Made by a program: the position numbers and the translations under genes. A stretch of 64,000 nt of DNA from Mobula hypostoma (Eukaryota): positions 12,090,001 through 12,154,000 of the forward strand of contig NC_086109.1 of the NCBI RefSeq assembly GCF_963921235.1. The letters are read 5' to 3'. The notes under the pieces were generated by a model. It saw only the letters and a list, made by a program, of their open reading frames with translations, did no database searches and was not told the origin of the DNA. Of this stretch, positions 50,001 through 63,436 are shown in pieces. Positions within the stretch are counted from its first letter, which is position 1. The number at the start of each line of letters is the position of its first letter.

Positions 50001-53000
50001 TCACTTTCATGAATATTATTTAGAGTTTGTTTTGTATCCAAAATTTGATTCAAGACATTACTGTCATTATACTCCATATGCTTACTCTCCAAAAATGGTA
50101 ATTTTTCAGTAAGTTCCTTGATTTGTTTCTCTTTTTCCTTTTCCTTCTGAGCTGATCACTTTTTGAGTTTACCCCTAATAACAGCTTTTGCCGCATCCCA
50201 CAGAGTGCTGGGGGACACCGTTCCTTATCATTATATATCATATAATCTTCAAACTCTTTCTTTAGGTATTTTAAACATAGAGGTCATTCAAAAGACTGGT
50301 ATTAAGTCCCACAAGGTATCTTTGCATTTGTTGTCCAAATGTAATGTTAAGTAAACCCCTGTGTGGTCAGCGTTGTCTCTTACCCCTATATCGCATTTTA
50401 TAATCCTGTGTCTCTCTGAATTAAACATAAAAAAAATCTATTCTTGAGTGCACGGAGTGGGGATGAGAAAAAAAGGTGAACGGTCTATCAAGTGCGTATA
50501 ACTCTCTCCATATATCTATCATGCCTATTTCTTTGAGCAGTTTCTTGACATGTAATGTTTCCGGTTTATCTTTTTTTTCTATTTGAGGAGTCCGGGGAAG
50601 GATGTAATTGAATATTCCAGTTCCCCCCACAGATTACCACACCAGATGTTTCCAGAGATATCGTGGTAACTTCAACTTTGAAAAAGGAACACTCGACAAC
50701 TTCATGTGCAAAGGCACAACTTTATCTCGAAAAGCAAAACCGATATTTATATCCAGATGCTTTCACAACCCGTACAGCATGGCAGGGACACTATATACAA
50801 AGCACACCAGAAGTAAAAACAACAGAAGAAAAACCCCGCCAACCCCTGAACCAGCCCCTCTTTAAAAACAGCTTCCCAATTAGTATTATCCTACTTTTAA
50901 TAATGCTCACATTACCACATATATCATATTAAAAATATTCTTAATCAGCTGTTTATCATTTCCTGTTCATCTGTAGACATTCAGTAGTGTAACTTCTTTA
51001 TGATCAATAAAACCCTTCACCAGTCACCAGTAAATAACACCCTTCTTTGTCTGTAATCTGTGAGGAAAACTAGAAATTTACTTTATTTGAGATTAATATT
51101 GCAACTCCACTTGTGTTTCCCCTCTCAAAAGAAGAGTAATAAAAATTTTTAAACCCATTTTGCGTAACTTCTCATGTTCAATCTTTGAAAGGGGAGTTTC
51201 TTGCCAAAAAGTTATATCTTGGATTTCTCTCTTCATTTTAGCTATAGCCTTACTCCTTTTGATTGGGTTCTGTAACCCATTCACATTAAGAATGATTACT
51301 CTGTATTCTTGATACAGCATTCCACGCCGATAAAAAAGGGTTTATATAAATAGTTAATTATCCCTAGATGACCTAAAAATGAATTTCTGTCTGTACAACA
51401 AACTAACATTTAACATATAATCAACACATATAACATCTGTGCCTTCCATGCTTGAAGTTTAAACTAAACTTCTAAGTCGAGGGCGGGGGGAGCCCTTAAA
51501 CCCGAAGGGGCCCCTCCTAGTGCAGGTTGATGCCTCTGAATAATTGAAATCAGGACAGTGCACAAACAAAAACAGTATCAAACATCAGCTCCCAGGTTTA
51601 TGGTCAGTTATAGTAATAAGTGCTTACAGAGAAAAAAAAATCGTTTATGTTCTATTTTTAAGTTCTTAATACAAAGTCAATTATAGTTTGGTGTTAAGGT
51701 ACATGTGATTTTACCGACCTGGCTGAAGGAAGGATATTTTATCGCTATACCTTTAAGAGCTCTCATGCAGTCTCTTTGTTGCGTCGAAATTCCTTTAGCT
51801 TGTTCTGGATGCGTTTCAGACGTGTTTCTTGGTCCCGGCGGGACTTTGCACCAGCTGTCTCCCAGGAAAGTTGTCTCAGTTTCGCTGTGGCTATGCCTTC
51901 CACGGAAGCCACGATTCCGGGACAGTCCAGGAAAAATTCCACTGTTCTTCAGGTCTTCCGTCGCCTCCGATGCGTTATTGTAGATGACTTGTCCAGTGTC
52001 AAAAAACATTCGAAGTTTGGCTGGGTAAAGAGTCTGGAACTGGAATCCCTTTTCTTTAAGCGTCTTTCTGAGCTTTTTTTTTCATTAGTATTTCGGTCGG
52101 GTAGTCTTGATCAAAAAATACTCTTTTCCCGTCGTAATAGAGCTCTCGTTTTTTTCCAAGCAGAGCGAAGCACCAACTCTTTAATTTTATACTCCAGAAA
52201 GTAGATGACCACAGACCTTGGGTTGGAACCTTGTGGTGGTTTGAATCCACAGAAATCCCAGCCTGCAAAAACTCATTTCAGGGAGGTAGCACCATCAATT
52301 GGTGGGAGACTCCCGGAACTTCTGGGAGAGGTGGGATGTCTGCAATAGAGTAGCTGCTGAGCAACTGGCCAGCTAGTTTAAAATACGTTAGCTATGCTAA
52401 TGAACGAATGACACCTGTTAAACTCACCTCAACATGTCTCTTACAGTCTTAACCCACCATGGGCAATAGAAAAGTCACTGTTGCAAACAGTGCAGCGAGC
52501 AACACTGTCATTATTTTTAACCCCTATTAGGCAGGGGTACACTTTAAGGTAGTCTTTTTTTTTGGAACACTCTGCCATGGCGCGCGCGTGCTCTCTCTCT
52601 CTCGCACTCTCCCTCTCTCTGTCTTTCTCTCTCCCTCTCTTGCTTTCTCACGCTCGCTCTCAAAAAAGTTGATTTCCCTGATATTATATGTAATTTTTGG
52701 GCATCAGGGAGCCACTATTAATATGCGGGAGACTCCTGGAACTTCCGGGAGAGGTGCGATGTCTGAGTCCAAGAGATTGATGACAGCGTTTTATGCCGAG
52801 GGCGGCATCGGGAAGGGCCAACTCTGTTAGAATAAATTTTTCCAGAAATTCCTGTATGTTGTCTCCTTCTGCCTCCACGGAAATTCTGTGGATATGTATG
52901 TTATTCCTGCGAGAACATGCCTCCAGGTCTGTTAGTCAAGCTTGAATGATCTCCTGAAGTTCCAGTGTGTGGAAAAGAACCTCCCTGGCTTCGGCATTCC

Positions 53001-53454
53001 ATTCCTCCACTTCTGCCATCCTTTGCTCCATATCCTCAACTCTACCCGTTATTTCTTTTAAATCACCAACAATAGCATTCAGCTTGTAGTTAATTTCTTC
53101 TCTGAAATCCAACAGTTTCTTCTTCAGAAAACCCAAGGTATCACTCAGTTCTTTTTGCATGTCCGAACGAAGCGTCTGTATTTCGACCATGATGTTAACA
53201 TGAACAGCCTCTGTATCCTCGCGTTCGGCTTGGTTGCTAGAGCCGTCATCAGTGTCCTCGCCATCAGTTGGTATTTTAGCACTTGTCGTCGGGTTTTGTT
53301 GCGGTTTTCCTCGTCTTTCTTTTGTTTCCCCCTTTCATGCTACAAGACCCACTTTTCTATTTAAATAACTGTTCCTTATTGAGGGGGAAATAAGACCATC
53401 TGGGAGCCCTCACTGATTACGCTACTGGCTGTATCTGCGCCATACCAGAAGTCC
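47028..53454 (-). mobile_element. Full-length L1 (5' UTR, ORF1, ORF2, A-tail), decayed, with perfect 18-bp TSD
   Basis: TSD GTTCATGGGTACTTTTTC at 47010-47027 and 53455-53472. ORF1 coiled-coil at ~52936-53190; ORF2 motifs LNVNGL, FWQETP, RGCRQGCPLSP and PHADDIL. Confidence 0.93.
52250..52765. mobile_element. MITE-like non-autonomous DNA element inside L1 ORF1
   Basis: Termini CAGAAATCCCA ... TGCGATGTCTG form an 11-bp imperfect TIR. Flanks are AATCCA/AGTCCA, with an internal (CT)n run. L1 ORF1 reads through once the element is removed. Confidence 0.65.
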
Positions 53455-53839
53455 GTTCATGGGTACTTTTTCATTGTTACTATTGTGCTACTTTGTATTC
53501 ACTGTGAATGCCCAAAAGTAAATGAATGTAAGGATAGTATATGGTGACAAATGCAGTATGTACTTTAATTATAAATTTAAGTTTCTTTTCTGAGAATGAT
53601 GCAACAATTTGATCAACATAACATTAAAAATGATTGAAATTGGGTACATTTCCAGTCAATATTCAAAGGTCTTAAAAATGATTGAACAAGGAATTAAAAG
53701 TTGGGCATTGAACAAAATAAGTGGTTACAGCTTGATGCAGCTTGCAGTGGTCAGTGGAGTGTGAATCTGCAAATAGAAGTTGCTACCTCTCTTCAAGTTG
53801 ACATGTAACTGTAACCCGTGGATATACAATTAGCCTCTC

Positions 53840-54270
53840 AGCTGCTACATGAAGGAAGCTACAGTACCTCTGCTATCTCCTCCACTTCCAGACACACTTT
53901 TCCACTGTCACACTTGATTGGTCCTATTCTCTCACATCCTTTCCTCTTGCTATTCACATACTTGTAAAATGCCTTGGGGTTTTCCTTAATCCTGCTTGCC
54001 AAGGCCTTCTCATGGCCCCTTCTGGCTCTCCTAATTTCCTCCATAAGTTCCTTCCTGCTAGTCTTATAATTTTCTAGATCTCTATCATTCAATGGTTTTT
54101 TTGAACCTTTCATAAGCTTTTCTTTTCTTCTTGACTAGATTTTGAACTTCCTTTGTACACCACTGTTCCTGTACCCTACCATCTTTTCCCTGTCTCATTG
54201 GAACGTACAATGCAGGACATCACACAAATATCCCCTCAATATTTGCCACATTTCCGCCGTACATTTCCCC
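53840..54270 (-). mobile_element. CR1 ORF2 fragment
   Basis: RRARRGHEKALASRIKENPKAFYKYVNSKR. Confidence 0.85.
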
Positions 54271-54274
54271 AAGA

Positions 54275-55285
54275 ATGTCCAGTCCTTATATACTTCCATC
54301 CCCCATCAGGAAGGTCTCAAAGCTCTACGCTTCTTTTTGGATTCCAGACCTAATCAGTTCCCCTCTACCACCACTCTGCTCTGTCTAGCGGAATTAGTCC
54401 TTACTCTTAATAATTTCTCCTTTTGCTCCTCCCATTTCTTCCAAACTAAAGGTGTAGCTCTGGGCACCCGTATGGGTCCTAGCTATGCCTGCCTTTTTGT
54501 TGGGTTTGTGGAACAATCTATGTTCCGTGCCTATTCTGGTATCTGTCCCCCACTTTTCCTTCGCTACATCGACGACTGCATTGGCGCTGCTTCCTGCACG
54601 CATGCAGAACTCGTTGACTTTATTAACTTGCCTCCAACTTTCACCCTGCCCTCAAGTTTACCTGGTCCATTTCCAACACCTCCCTCCCCTTTCTAGATCT
54701 TTCTGTCTCTGTCTCTGGAGACAGCTTATCCACTGATGTCTACTATAAGCCTACTGACTCTCACAGCTATCTGGACTATTCCTCTTCTCACCCTGTCTCT
54801 TGCAAAAACGCCATCCCCTTCTCGCAATTCCTCCATCTCTGCCGCATCTGCTCTCAGGATGAGGCTTTTCATTCTAGGACGAGGGAGATGTCTTCATTTT
54901 TTAAAGAAAGGGGCTTCCCTTCCTCCACTATCAACTCTGCTCTTAAACACATCTCCCCTATTTCACGTACATCTGCTCTCACTCCATCCTCCCACCACCC
55001 CACTAGGAATAGGGTTCCCCTGGTCCTCACCTACCACCCCACCAGCCTCCGGGCCCAACATATTATTCTCCGTAACTTCCGCCACCTCCAACGGGATCCC
55101 ACCACTAAGCACATCTTTCCCTCCCCCCCTCTCTCTGCATTCCGCAGGGATCGCTCCCTACACAACTCCCTTGTCCATTCGTCCCCCCCATCCCTCCCCA
55201 CTGATCTCCCTCCTGGCACTTATCCGTGTAAGCGGAACAAGTGCTACACATGCCCTTACACTTCCTCCCTTACCACCATTCAGGT
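54275..55285 (+). mobile_element. Penelope-like element RT and linker fragment
   Basis: VQSLYTSIPH...QTKGVALGTRMGPSYACLF...LRYIDDC; RVPLVLTYHP...GTYPCKRNKC. Confidence 0.92.
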
Positions 55286-55589
55286 TACTACTACTGCTCC
55301 CTGGGAGAAAAGTGTTCTCCTCATTCCCCCTCTAATCCTAACAACAGTTAACTTTTAACCCAGGACCCCTATTTTTAACACTTCATCTAAGTGATCACAA
55401 ATATTCCTTTTCATACATTTGATGCCCTTTATAATTTTTCCACAACTCAATTAAGTCTCCTCTTTTCCTCTTTAGTTTCAGACAAATTCACCCCAGCCAA
55501 TCCAATCAATCCAATGGGTGAAGCACTCATTCCCAGGCAGCAGTCTCCCCAATGCATTCCTTTCTTTATCAATCTTTGTATTTATGCAT

Positions 55590-58500
55590 TTTTTTTTTAA
55601 ATCAATCAAGAGGAGAATTAGTTCAAAAAAATATAAATAATCAGTAACAATATAAACCAAAATTGAGATAGATGTTGTCAAAATCATATTGTTAAACTAG
55701 TATAAAATATATATTAAAAAATGAAAATAATTTGCCTCTTACCAGTTTATGAAGAGAAAGGAAAAAATATTGATTTTAAATGAAAAGAAACAAAAAACCC
55801 CACTACACTAAAAACAAAAAAAGGACTGGGCAGTGCAATTTGAGGATACGACCAAAAAAGAAAAAGGCTTCTGATTGAATCTAAAACTTAGAAAAAACTG
55901 AAAGAGTAATAAATCATATTAAATGAAAATATTGGATAAATGGTCACCATATTTGCTCAAATTTAAAGGATGTATCAAATGTCCAACTTCTTATTTTCTC
56001 TGAACTTAAACAAGACATAATGGAGGAGAACCAATGAAAGACCATAGGTGGATTAGAATCCTTCCTCTTCAATAAAATGTCTCCCCTAGCCAGTAAGGTC
56101 AAAAAGGTCATCATACATTGAGCAGAAACAAGAGTATTTCCTGCTTCTGATGGGATAATCCCAAAAATTGCCATAAGCAAATTAGGTTGTAGATACAGAT
56201 CCAAAACTTTTGATAGTGTTTAAAAACATCTCTCCAAAAGTTATCTAGCTTTATACAAGACCAATACATACGAGTTAAAGTGGCCAGCTCAGTATTACAT
56301 CTGTCACAAATAGAATTAATATTAGAGAAAGTATGCACTAGTTTATCCTTTGACATATGGGCCCGATGCACTACCTTGAACTGTATCAAGGAATGAAGGG
56401 CACAAATAGATGAGTTGTTAACCGAATAAAAAAATTTTACTCCATTGATTATCTGAAAATGACTCGAAGTTCCAATTCTCAAGTGAGTTTAATTTTATCA
56501 TTAGATCTTATTTGTGAACTCTAACCATTTATAGATTATAGTCATCAACCCTTTTTGAAATGGTTTAAACTGAAAGGGAACATCTGTCATATTAGGTGGA
56601 TAAGCAGAAAGATGATTTGGTAACAAACCACAAAAAATTCCTAATTTGTAAATATCCAAGTATACATTAGATAAATCATATTTATCCACCAACTCAAAAA
56701 AAATTACAGTCCCCTAAAAAGAAATCTGAAACAGTTATTATTCCCTTGGTTTTTCAAATTAAAAAGGCCTTATCCAAAATTGATGGTTTAAAAATAATTG
56801 AGATTGATATTACTAGAAAGAATAAAATTATTTCACTCAAAAAATCTATGAAACTGAAACCAAATTCTTAATGTATGTTTAATAATGGGATTAAATTCTT
56901 GTCTGCTGATCTTAGAAAAAAAAAGGGGAAGAACTCCCAGGAAAGAGGCCAGAGACAATCCTTCTTTTCAAATCTTTTCATCATTGTTATATTATTCAAA
57001 AATAGCACAAGTACATCCAAGTAAATGACACTTACAATGTCTCAAGGAAAAAAAAGGATTGAAAAATTTTTGGTGATAAAAAACCCACTAAGCAGAAAAA
57101 GTGGGGAAAAAACCTATTTGGTGTACAACCCGGAGCTATGTGTCATACAAAAAGCTTCTAGAGATAAGCATCAAATTTCGATCAAGAAAAAATTTACAAT
57201 TAGATTGTGGAGGAAATCAATTAACTCAAATGATAATAACAAGCAAATGAACCCCATCTTTTCTCAAAATCAAATAAAGGTTCAAAAGTTCGACTTCTAA
57301 TTTTCTCCAAACTAAAACATAGCATCACTTGAGAGAACCATTGTGACAAATTGGGAGCTGATGTATCCTTCCACTTCAACTAAATGGCTCTCCTAGCTAT
57401 CAATGTAACAAATGCAATAACATGTTGGTCAGACACAGAGATACCATGGATATTTTGAGGAATTATTCCAAGTAGCACAGTTAATTTGTTAGGTTGTAAA
57501 TTAATTTTAAGTGCTTTAGAAATAGTCAAAAAAACTGACTTCCAGAGCTCTTCCAATATAGAACAAGACCAAAACATGTGTCAGTGTAGCTGTCTCAGTT
57601 TTACATCTATCACAATAACTATCAACATGAGGGAATATTTCAGACAGTCTCCTTCATCAAATGGTAACAATGTACAATTTTAAATTAAATCAGTGAATAA
57701 CTAGCACAGATCGAAGAGTTAACCAGCTTCAGAATCCACGTCCAATCCTCCATCATAAAAGCCAAATTGAGTTCCTTTTCCCCCAATCTTGTTTAATCTT
57801 AAATAACAGATGTTTATCTCATTGTAATAATAAATTATAAATTCTTCCAATAGAACCCTTTGTCGAAGTATCTAACAGATCACCTTCCAATATGCAAGGT
57901 AAATTACTTAAATATTTTTGTAAGAAATGTCTAACTTGAAGGTATTGTAAAAAGTGTGAGTATGAAAGAGAATATTTATCAACTAATTGTTCAAAAGACA
58001 ATCTATCTTCTTTAAATAAATCCAAAGAAGGATTAATACCTTTAGTTTTCCAAAGTAAAAAAATTGGATCACTCACAGGAGGCTTAAAAATGTAATTTCA
58101 ATAAAAAAAATTAAACTTTGTAGTTTAATTTAAGATTAAAAAGATTGCAGAACTGGAGCTAAATTTGTAAATAATGCTTAATCACAGGATATAGGTTTAA
58201 ATTAGTAACTTTAGCTAATTGTATAGGTAAAGCAACTCCCAATAACGAGGTTAAATGAAACTGTTTCACAGCTTTGAATTCCAGGTCTACCCAAATTGGC
58301 TGATCATTCTCATCAACCCAATATAACCAAAAGGACATTGATTGCACATTGCACATTAACAGCCCAGTAATACATTCTTAAACTAGGCAAAGCAAGACCT
58401 CCATCCTTTTTCAACTTTTGTAAGTGACATTTCCTAATTCTTGGTCTCTTATTATTCCAAATAAAAGATAAAATAGAATCAATCTAATCAAAAACTTTAG

Positions 58501-61500
58501 TCAAAAAAACAGGGATATTCTGAAATAAACATTTTAGTAAAATCATCATTTTAACTGTATGGATATGACCAAGTGAAAATGTAAGTGGACTCCATCTACT
58601 AAATAAATACTTCATAGAGTACCAAGGGAATGAAACTGACTTTATAAAGATCCTTATATTTTTAGTGATTATAACACCTAAATATCTAAAAGAATCTGAC
58701 TTTGAAAGGAGTATTATCATATATAGAGAGATTCATTTAAAGGAAACAATTCACTTTTACTAAAATTTATTTTACATCCTGAAATATCTCCAAATCCATT
58801 GAATAATTTTAGCAAGATTCTTCAGGATTAGATATATAAACCAATAAATCATCAGCGTAAAGTGAAATCTTATGAATGGTCTCATTCATACAAACCCCAT
58901 GAATATTTTTAGCTTCACGAAGAACCATAGCAAGGAGTTCTAATATTAAATTAAATAACAATGGACTTAATGGACAACCTTGTCTTGTCCCCCGTGAAAG
59001 CTGAAAAAAGGAAAACTACAGTTGTTAGTGACAACAGTAGCAATAGGAGCTTTATAATCCAATTATTAAAATTATTCTAATCCAATTATTAAAATTAACA
59101 CCAAAGCCAAATTTCTCTAAGTAGTATCCCATTCGACTTGATCAAACGTTTTATCAGCATCCAGAGGAGATGCATTGTGGAGTTTTCAAAGAGGATGAAT
59201 GTTAAATAGTCTCCAAACTTGTGAAAAACAATAACAACCCTTTATAAAGTCTGTTTGATCTTTAAAAATAATTTTACCCAAAATATTCCCCAACCGATTG
59301 GCCATTATCTTTGACAGAATCTTAGCATTGACATTCAATAATGAAATAGGTCTACATGAGGCACAATCAGTAGGATATTTATCCTTTTCAAGAATTAACA
59401 AAATAGAAGCCTCAGAAAGTAGAGGGTAAATCACCTTTCACAAAAGAATCTTTAAACATTTCCAACATATACAGAGAAAGCAATTTTCCAAATGTTTTAT
59501 AAAATTCTACAGGGTAACCATCAAGTCCAGGGGCCTTACCAGATTGCATTGAAAAAATAGCTTTATGAATTTTGGCTTCAGTAATTTGGGCATCAAGAGT
59601 TTTTTGATCCTCCAGAAATTTTAGGAAAAGCAATCTTTCATAAGAAAGCATTCATTTCAGAAGAATCTACTGGACATTGAGATTTATTCCCAAGCATATT
59701 CCCAAGCCAGGGTACCATCTTTCCTACAAATTTTCAAAATTTGCCTTTTGACTCTGGCCGTTTTTAACTAAGATGCCAGTAGTTTGATATTTTTATCTCC
59801 AAACATATAAAATTGGCTCTTTAACTTAAGCAAATAGCCTTCAATGGGATGAGGTAGTAATTGGTTATATTGTGATTGAAGTTCCACCCTTGGTTTGAAT
59901 AAATCAATGTTAGGGGAAATTGCATGAATATTATCTAAGCCTTTAATTTGTTTAGAAATCTTATCTAATTCTACTTTAGTCTGTTTTTTTAAGCTTAGCT
60001 GAATAAGAAATGATCTGACCACAAAAATGCTTTAAATGTATCCCATGTGATTAATTTGGACATACTCCCTGCATCATTAAAAAGAAAAAAAATATTTTAT
60101 CTGGGTTTCAATGAAACTGACAAAGTCAGAGTTTTGCAATAATGTCTGAGACATGCGCCATGGTGGGGGGGCAAGAATGACATCAAATTCAAAAGATAAA
60201 CTCAGAGGTGCATGATCAGATATAGCAATAGCACCATATTCACAATTTTTAACACTAGGCAAGAAGTGGGGATCGATTATATTTTTTTTATAAACATGTG
60301 AAAAGAAAGAATATTCTGTTATCAGGGTGCAGATAATTCCATAATTCAATCAATCTAAAATCAGTCAAAAAGGAGTTAATAAGTGACACAGCAATTTGGA
60401 AGTCACTGATTGGTTGAGCTCTTATCAAAGAATTTAAACAGTTAAAATCCCCACCCATTATCAACATATATTTATTTAAATCAGGCAGCAAAGCAAACAC
60501 CTTTTTAAAAAAGGATCATATAAATTAGGACCGTACAGATTGACCAAAACAACTTTTCTGTTACAGATCGCTCCTTTAGCAATTAAAAATCTACCATTAG
60601 AATCTGGCTCAATATCCTCTTGAATAAATATAATGGATTTAATAAAGATGGACACACCTTTAGTTTTACTGAGAAGTAGAGTGAAACTGCAAACTTCTCC
60701 ACCATCCAAAAAAAATCTATTTTGATCTCCCGCCCTGATATGTGTCTCGAGCAAAAATTATATCAGGTTGGAATCGGTTAATAATTTTAAGTCTTTTTTT
60801 CGTTTGTTATGATGATTCCAACCACGTACATTCCAACTTATTACATTAATCCATTTTAAAGTACCATACTATAATTTTATTCTACTTTATACATGTGCAG
60901 AGCACATACCAATACGGGATGATCAATAATGGCAGCGATGAAGAATACAACCACATAGAAAACACGCATGCTCCGGAACCACCCAATGGGAAAAAACTCC
61001 TAACTCTAACCCCACCCGTCTCCCCCATAGCCCGAAAAAAAGGCAAGCAAGCTAAAATGGAATACGAAGCCGGGGATTGCTCTGTCAGTACGAAAAAAAT
61101 AAATTTAAAGGATTTTCTTTCCATCCCCCTAGTTAGTAAAAAACCGAGTGACCTTGTAAAAAGAACAATAAACTCTCAAAGGAAAGTATTTACATTCCAG
61201 CATCAATTAAACAAGAAAGAACCAAAGTAATGTTATCTCTTAAAGAAAAATCGACGCCATTTTTAAGTTTAACATCAAATCCTTAAACATTAAATCGTTT
61301 ATAAGACACTATAATAAAGCAGAAAAAGTTAATAGCATATTTAACCCAGCTAAATTTTCAAAAATACTAATTAATACCATAATTAAACCCTCATATATAA
61401 GAAGCCCCATTCGTGGGGGGAAAACTACCAATTAGTTAATATAGAAAGCAGCAAAACAAACCAGATATTAGGTTAAAGAAACAAATCCCTTTATCTTCTT

Positions 61501-63030
61501 TCCCCAGTCGAATGTCCGAGTAACCACTTAAACAGGCATACTTGAACCATAGATCTTCTTTCCAAAAGACCAATAATATGCAATAATGAACAAATCTCCT
61601 TATCTTCTATTAGTCTCTCAATGGAATATCCAAGTAACCTTCATAATTCTTCTTTCCAAAATGCAAAAAATATACTGATAACCAAACAACCTTTCAGATA
61701 GTTCATTCGGTCATGGCGGCAGGTATAGTTTGAACGAAGTCGTGTGGCTTTTGGATCAAAAAAAATGTATGAAGAGGAGCGTAGGAGGAAAAACTTTAAT
61801 TCTTGTTGGGTAATGTAAAGAAGGAAACAGTTTCTTATCATATGCCTGTTTCATTACCAGAGCAAATCTTGATCTTTGTTCCATTACCTCCTTCCGATAA
61901 TCTTCCTAAAAAGAGCTCAGATTCCTTACATCTGAAAACTGTTTTCTTGCCTGTTGCATTATTTGATCTTTAATTTTAAAATGATGAAAACAAACCAAAA
62001 CAGATCTTGGTTTATTTGGATCTTTAAATTTTGAAGTAAAAGCTCTGTGTGTTCTTTCTATAATAAGTGGCTGTGATAATATGGTAGGAAATAAAGTATG
62101 AAAAAGCTTACCAAAATAAGCAGTTAAATCTCCATCTTCAGCTCCTTCTTGCAGCCCAACAATTCATACCTTCCTTCAGCAAGACCTAGTTTCCAGGTCT
62201 ATAATCTTATTTAGATATCTTTCCAAATGAGTTGTAGCTTCAAACAATTTTTGCTTAGTTATCTTCAGTTCCTCTATGTAATAACTTGAGTTTCCAAGTC
62301 TTAAGTGTTCCCAAAAATGACTTCATTTCATTACTGTTCTTTTCCAGTTGGTCCTTAATTGACCTATTCAGATCATTTATTGAATTCAGTGTCCAACCAG
62401 CATCTTCAGCCCATGGTGGCATTTCATCAGATCATTCCTTTGGCATCTTTCCTTTCCAATTACCTTTGTCACTAGGTTCAGACAAGTTCTTCCCACTCCT
62501 CGTAGACATAAACAGACATATTGTTCCCCCTCAAGAATCAGCAAATAAAAATTTTAAATTCGAAGTTTAAACTAGGAGGAGAGAGCCAAAACTAAGAGCA
62601 GCACAAGATTGCTGCTACTCCATTTGCAGACAGGCACGGTCTGTCTCAAAAAGGGAAGAGGAGCTCCCAGTAAAGAGGCCAAAGAGAATCCTTTCACCAA
62701 GTTTACCTCTAGATCCAACCATGAAGGACATTTATGTATATCTGAATAGTGAATCCAAAAAGTAATATATCAAATATTAATTGCCTAATAGTACATTCTA
62801 AAGTTAGGCAAAGCCATACCACCATCCCTTAATTTCTGCAATAAGTGTTTACTCACTCTAGGATTTTTATAGTTCCCAATACAAGATAAAATTTTAGAAC
62901 CTATTCTGCTGAGGAACTTTTTAGGAACAAAAGGAGGAACTGCCTGAAATATATATAAAAATTTAAGTAGAACTATTTTAATAGCATTAATTCAACCTAT
63001 TAATGATAATGTCATAGAGGAAGGAGGGAC
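55590..63030 (-). mobile_element. 5'-truncated L1 (host), split by a second L1
   Basis: T-run tail at ~55590, with ORF2 C-terminal parts at 55944-56964. The reading continues at 62650-63030 (GGMALPNFRMYY). Confidence 0.75.
56965..62649 (-). mobile_element. Near-full-length decayed L1 nested in the host L1
   Basis: Tail at ~56965; ORF2 remnants SWNV (~60840), ETH, GKAPGLDG, GTRQGCP and SLYADD; ORF1/5' UTR remnants to ~62649. It is flanked by a diverged ~44-bp direct repeat. Confidence 0.8.
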
Positions 63031-63243
63031 CATCGACTCAGACCACGAGGGGCTTGCGTCAGGCATTTTCATGCCTTACAAGGTGTAGCTTGGAAGTCTG
63101 TGTGGGAAACCACTCCTCGCACAGATTAGGGCAATGTGTGATTAAGTGCCTTGCCCAAGAGCACAAACACGCTGCCACAGCCGAGGATCGAACTAGCAAC
63201 CTTGCGTTAACTAGACGGACGCCTTAACCACTTGGCCACGTGC
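63031..63243 (-). mobile_element. tRNA-derived SINE
   Basis: A box TGGCCAAGTGG (63228-63238) and B box GTTCGATCC (63185-63193), followed by a GGGCAAGGCACTTAA core. Confidence 0.8.
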
Positions 63244-63436
63244 ATAAATACCTCCAGACACCAGGGCGTGGCTGCTGGATTGTTCTTGTCCTTGCATCCC
63301 TTCCCCATCTTCTGTTTCCTCGCCGGTAACTCTCGCCTCGCCTGAGGTCTTGTCTTGGAGCCACCCTGTATCTATGTCCTTTCCTGTCCCTTGCCTCCGT
63401 CGGGTAAGTCAGGCCAGATTGCCATTACTCTGTGGG

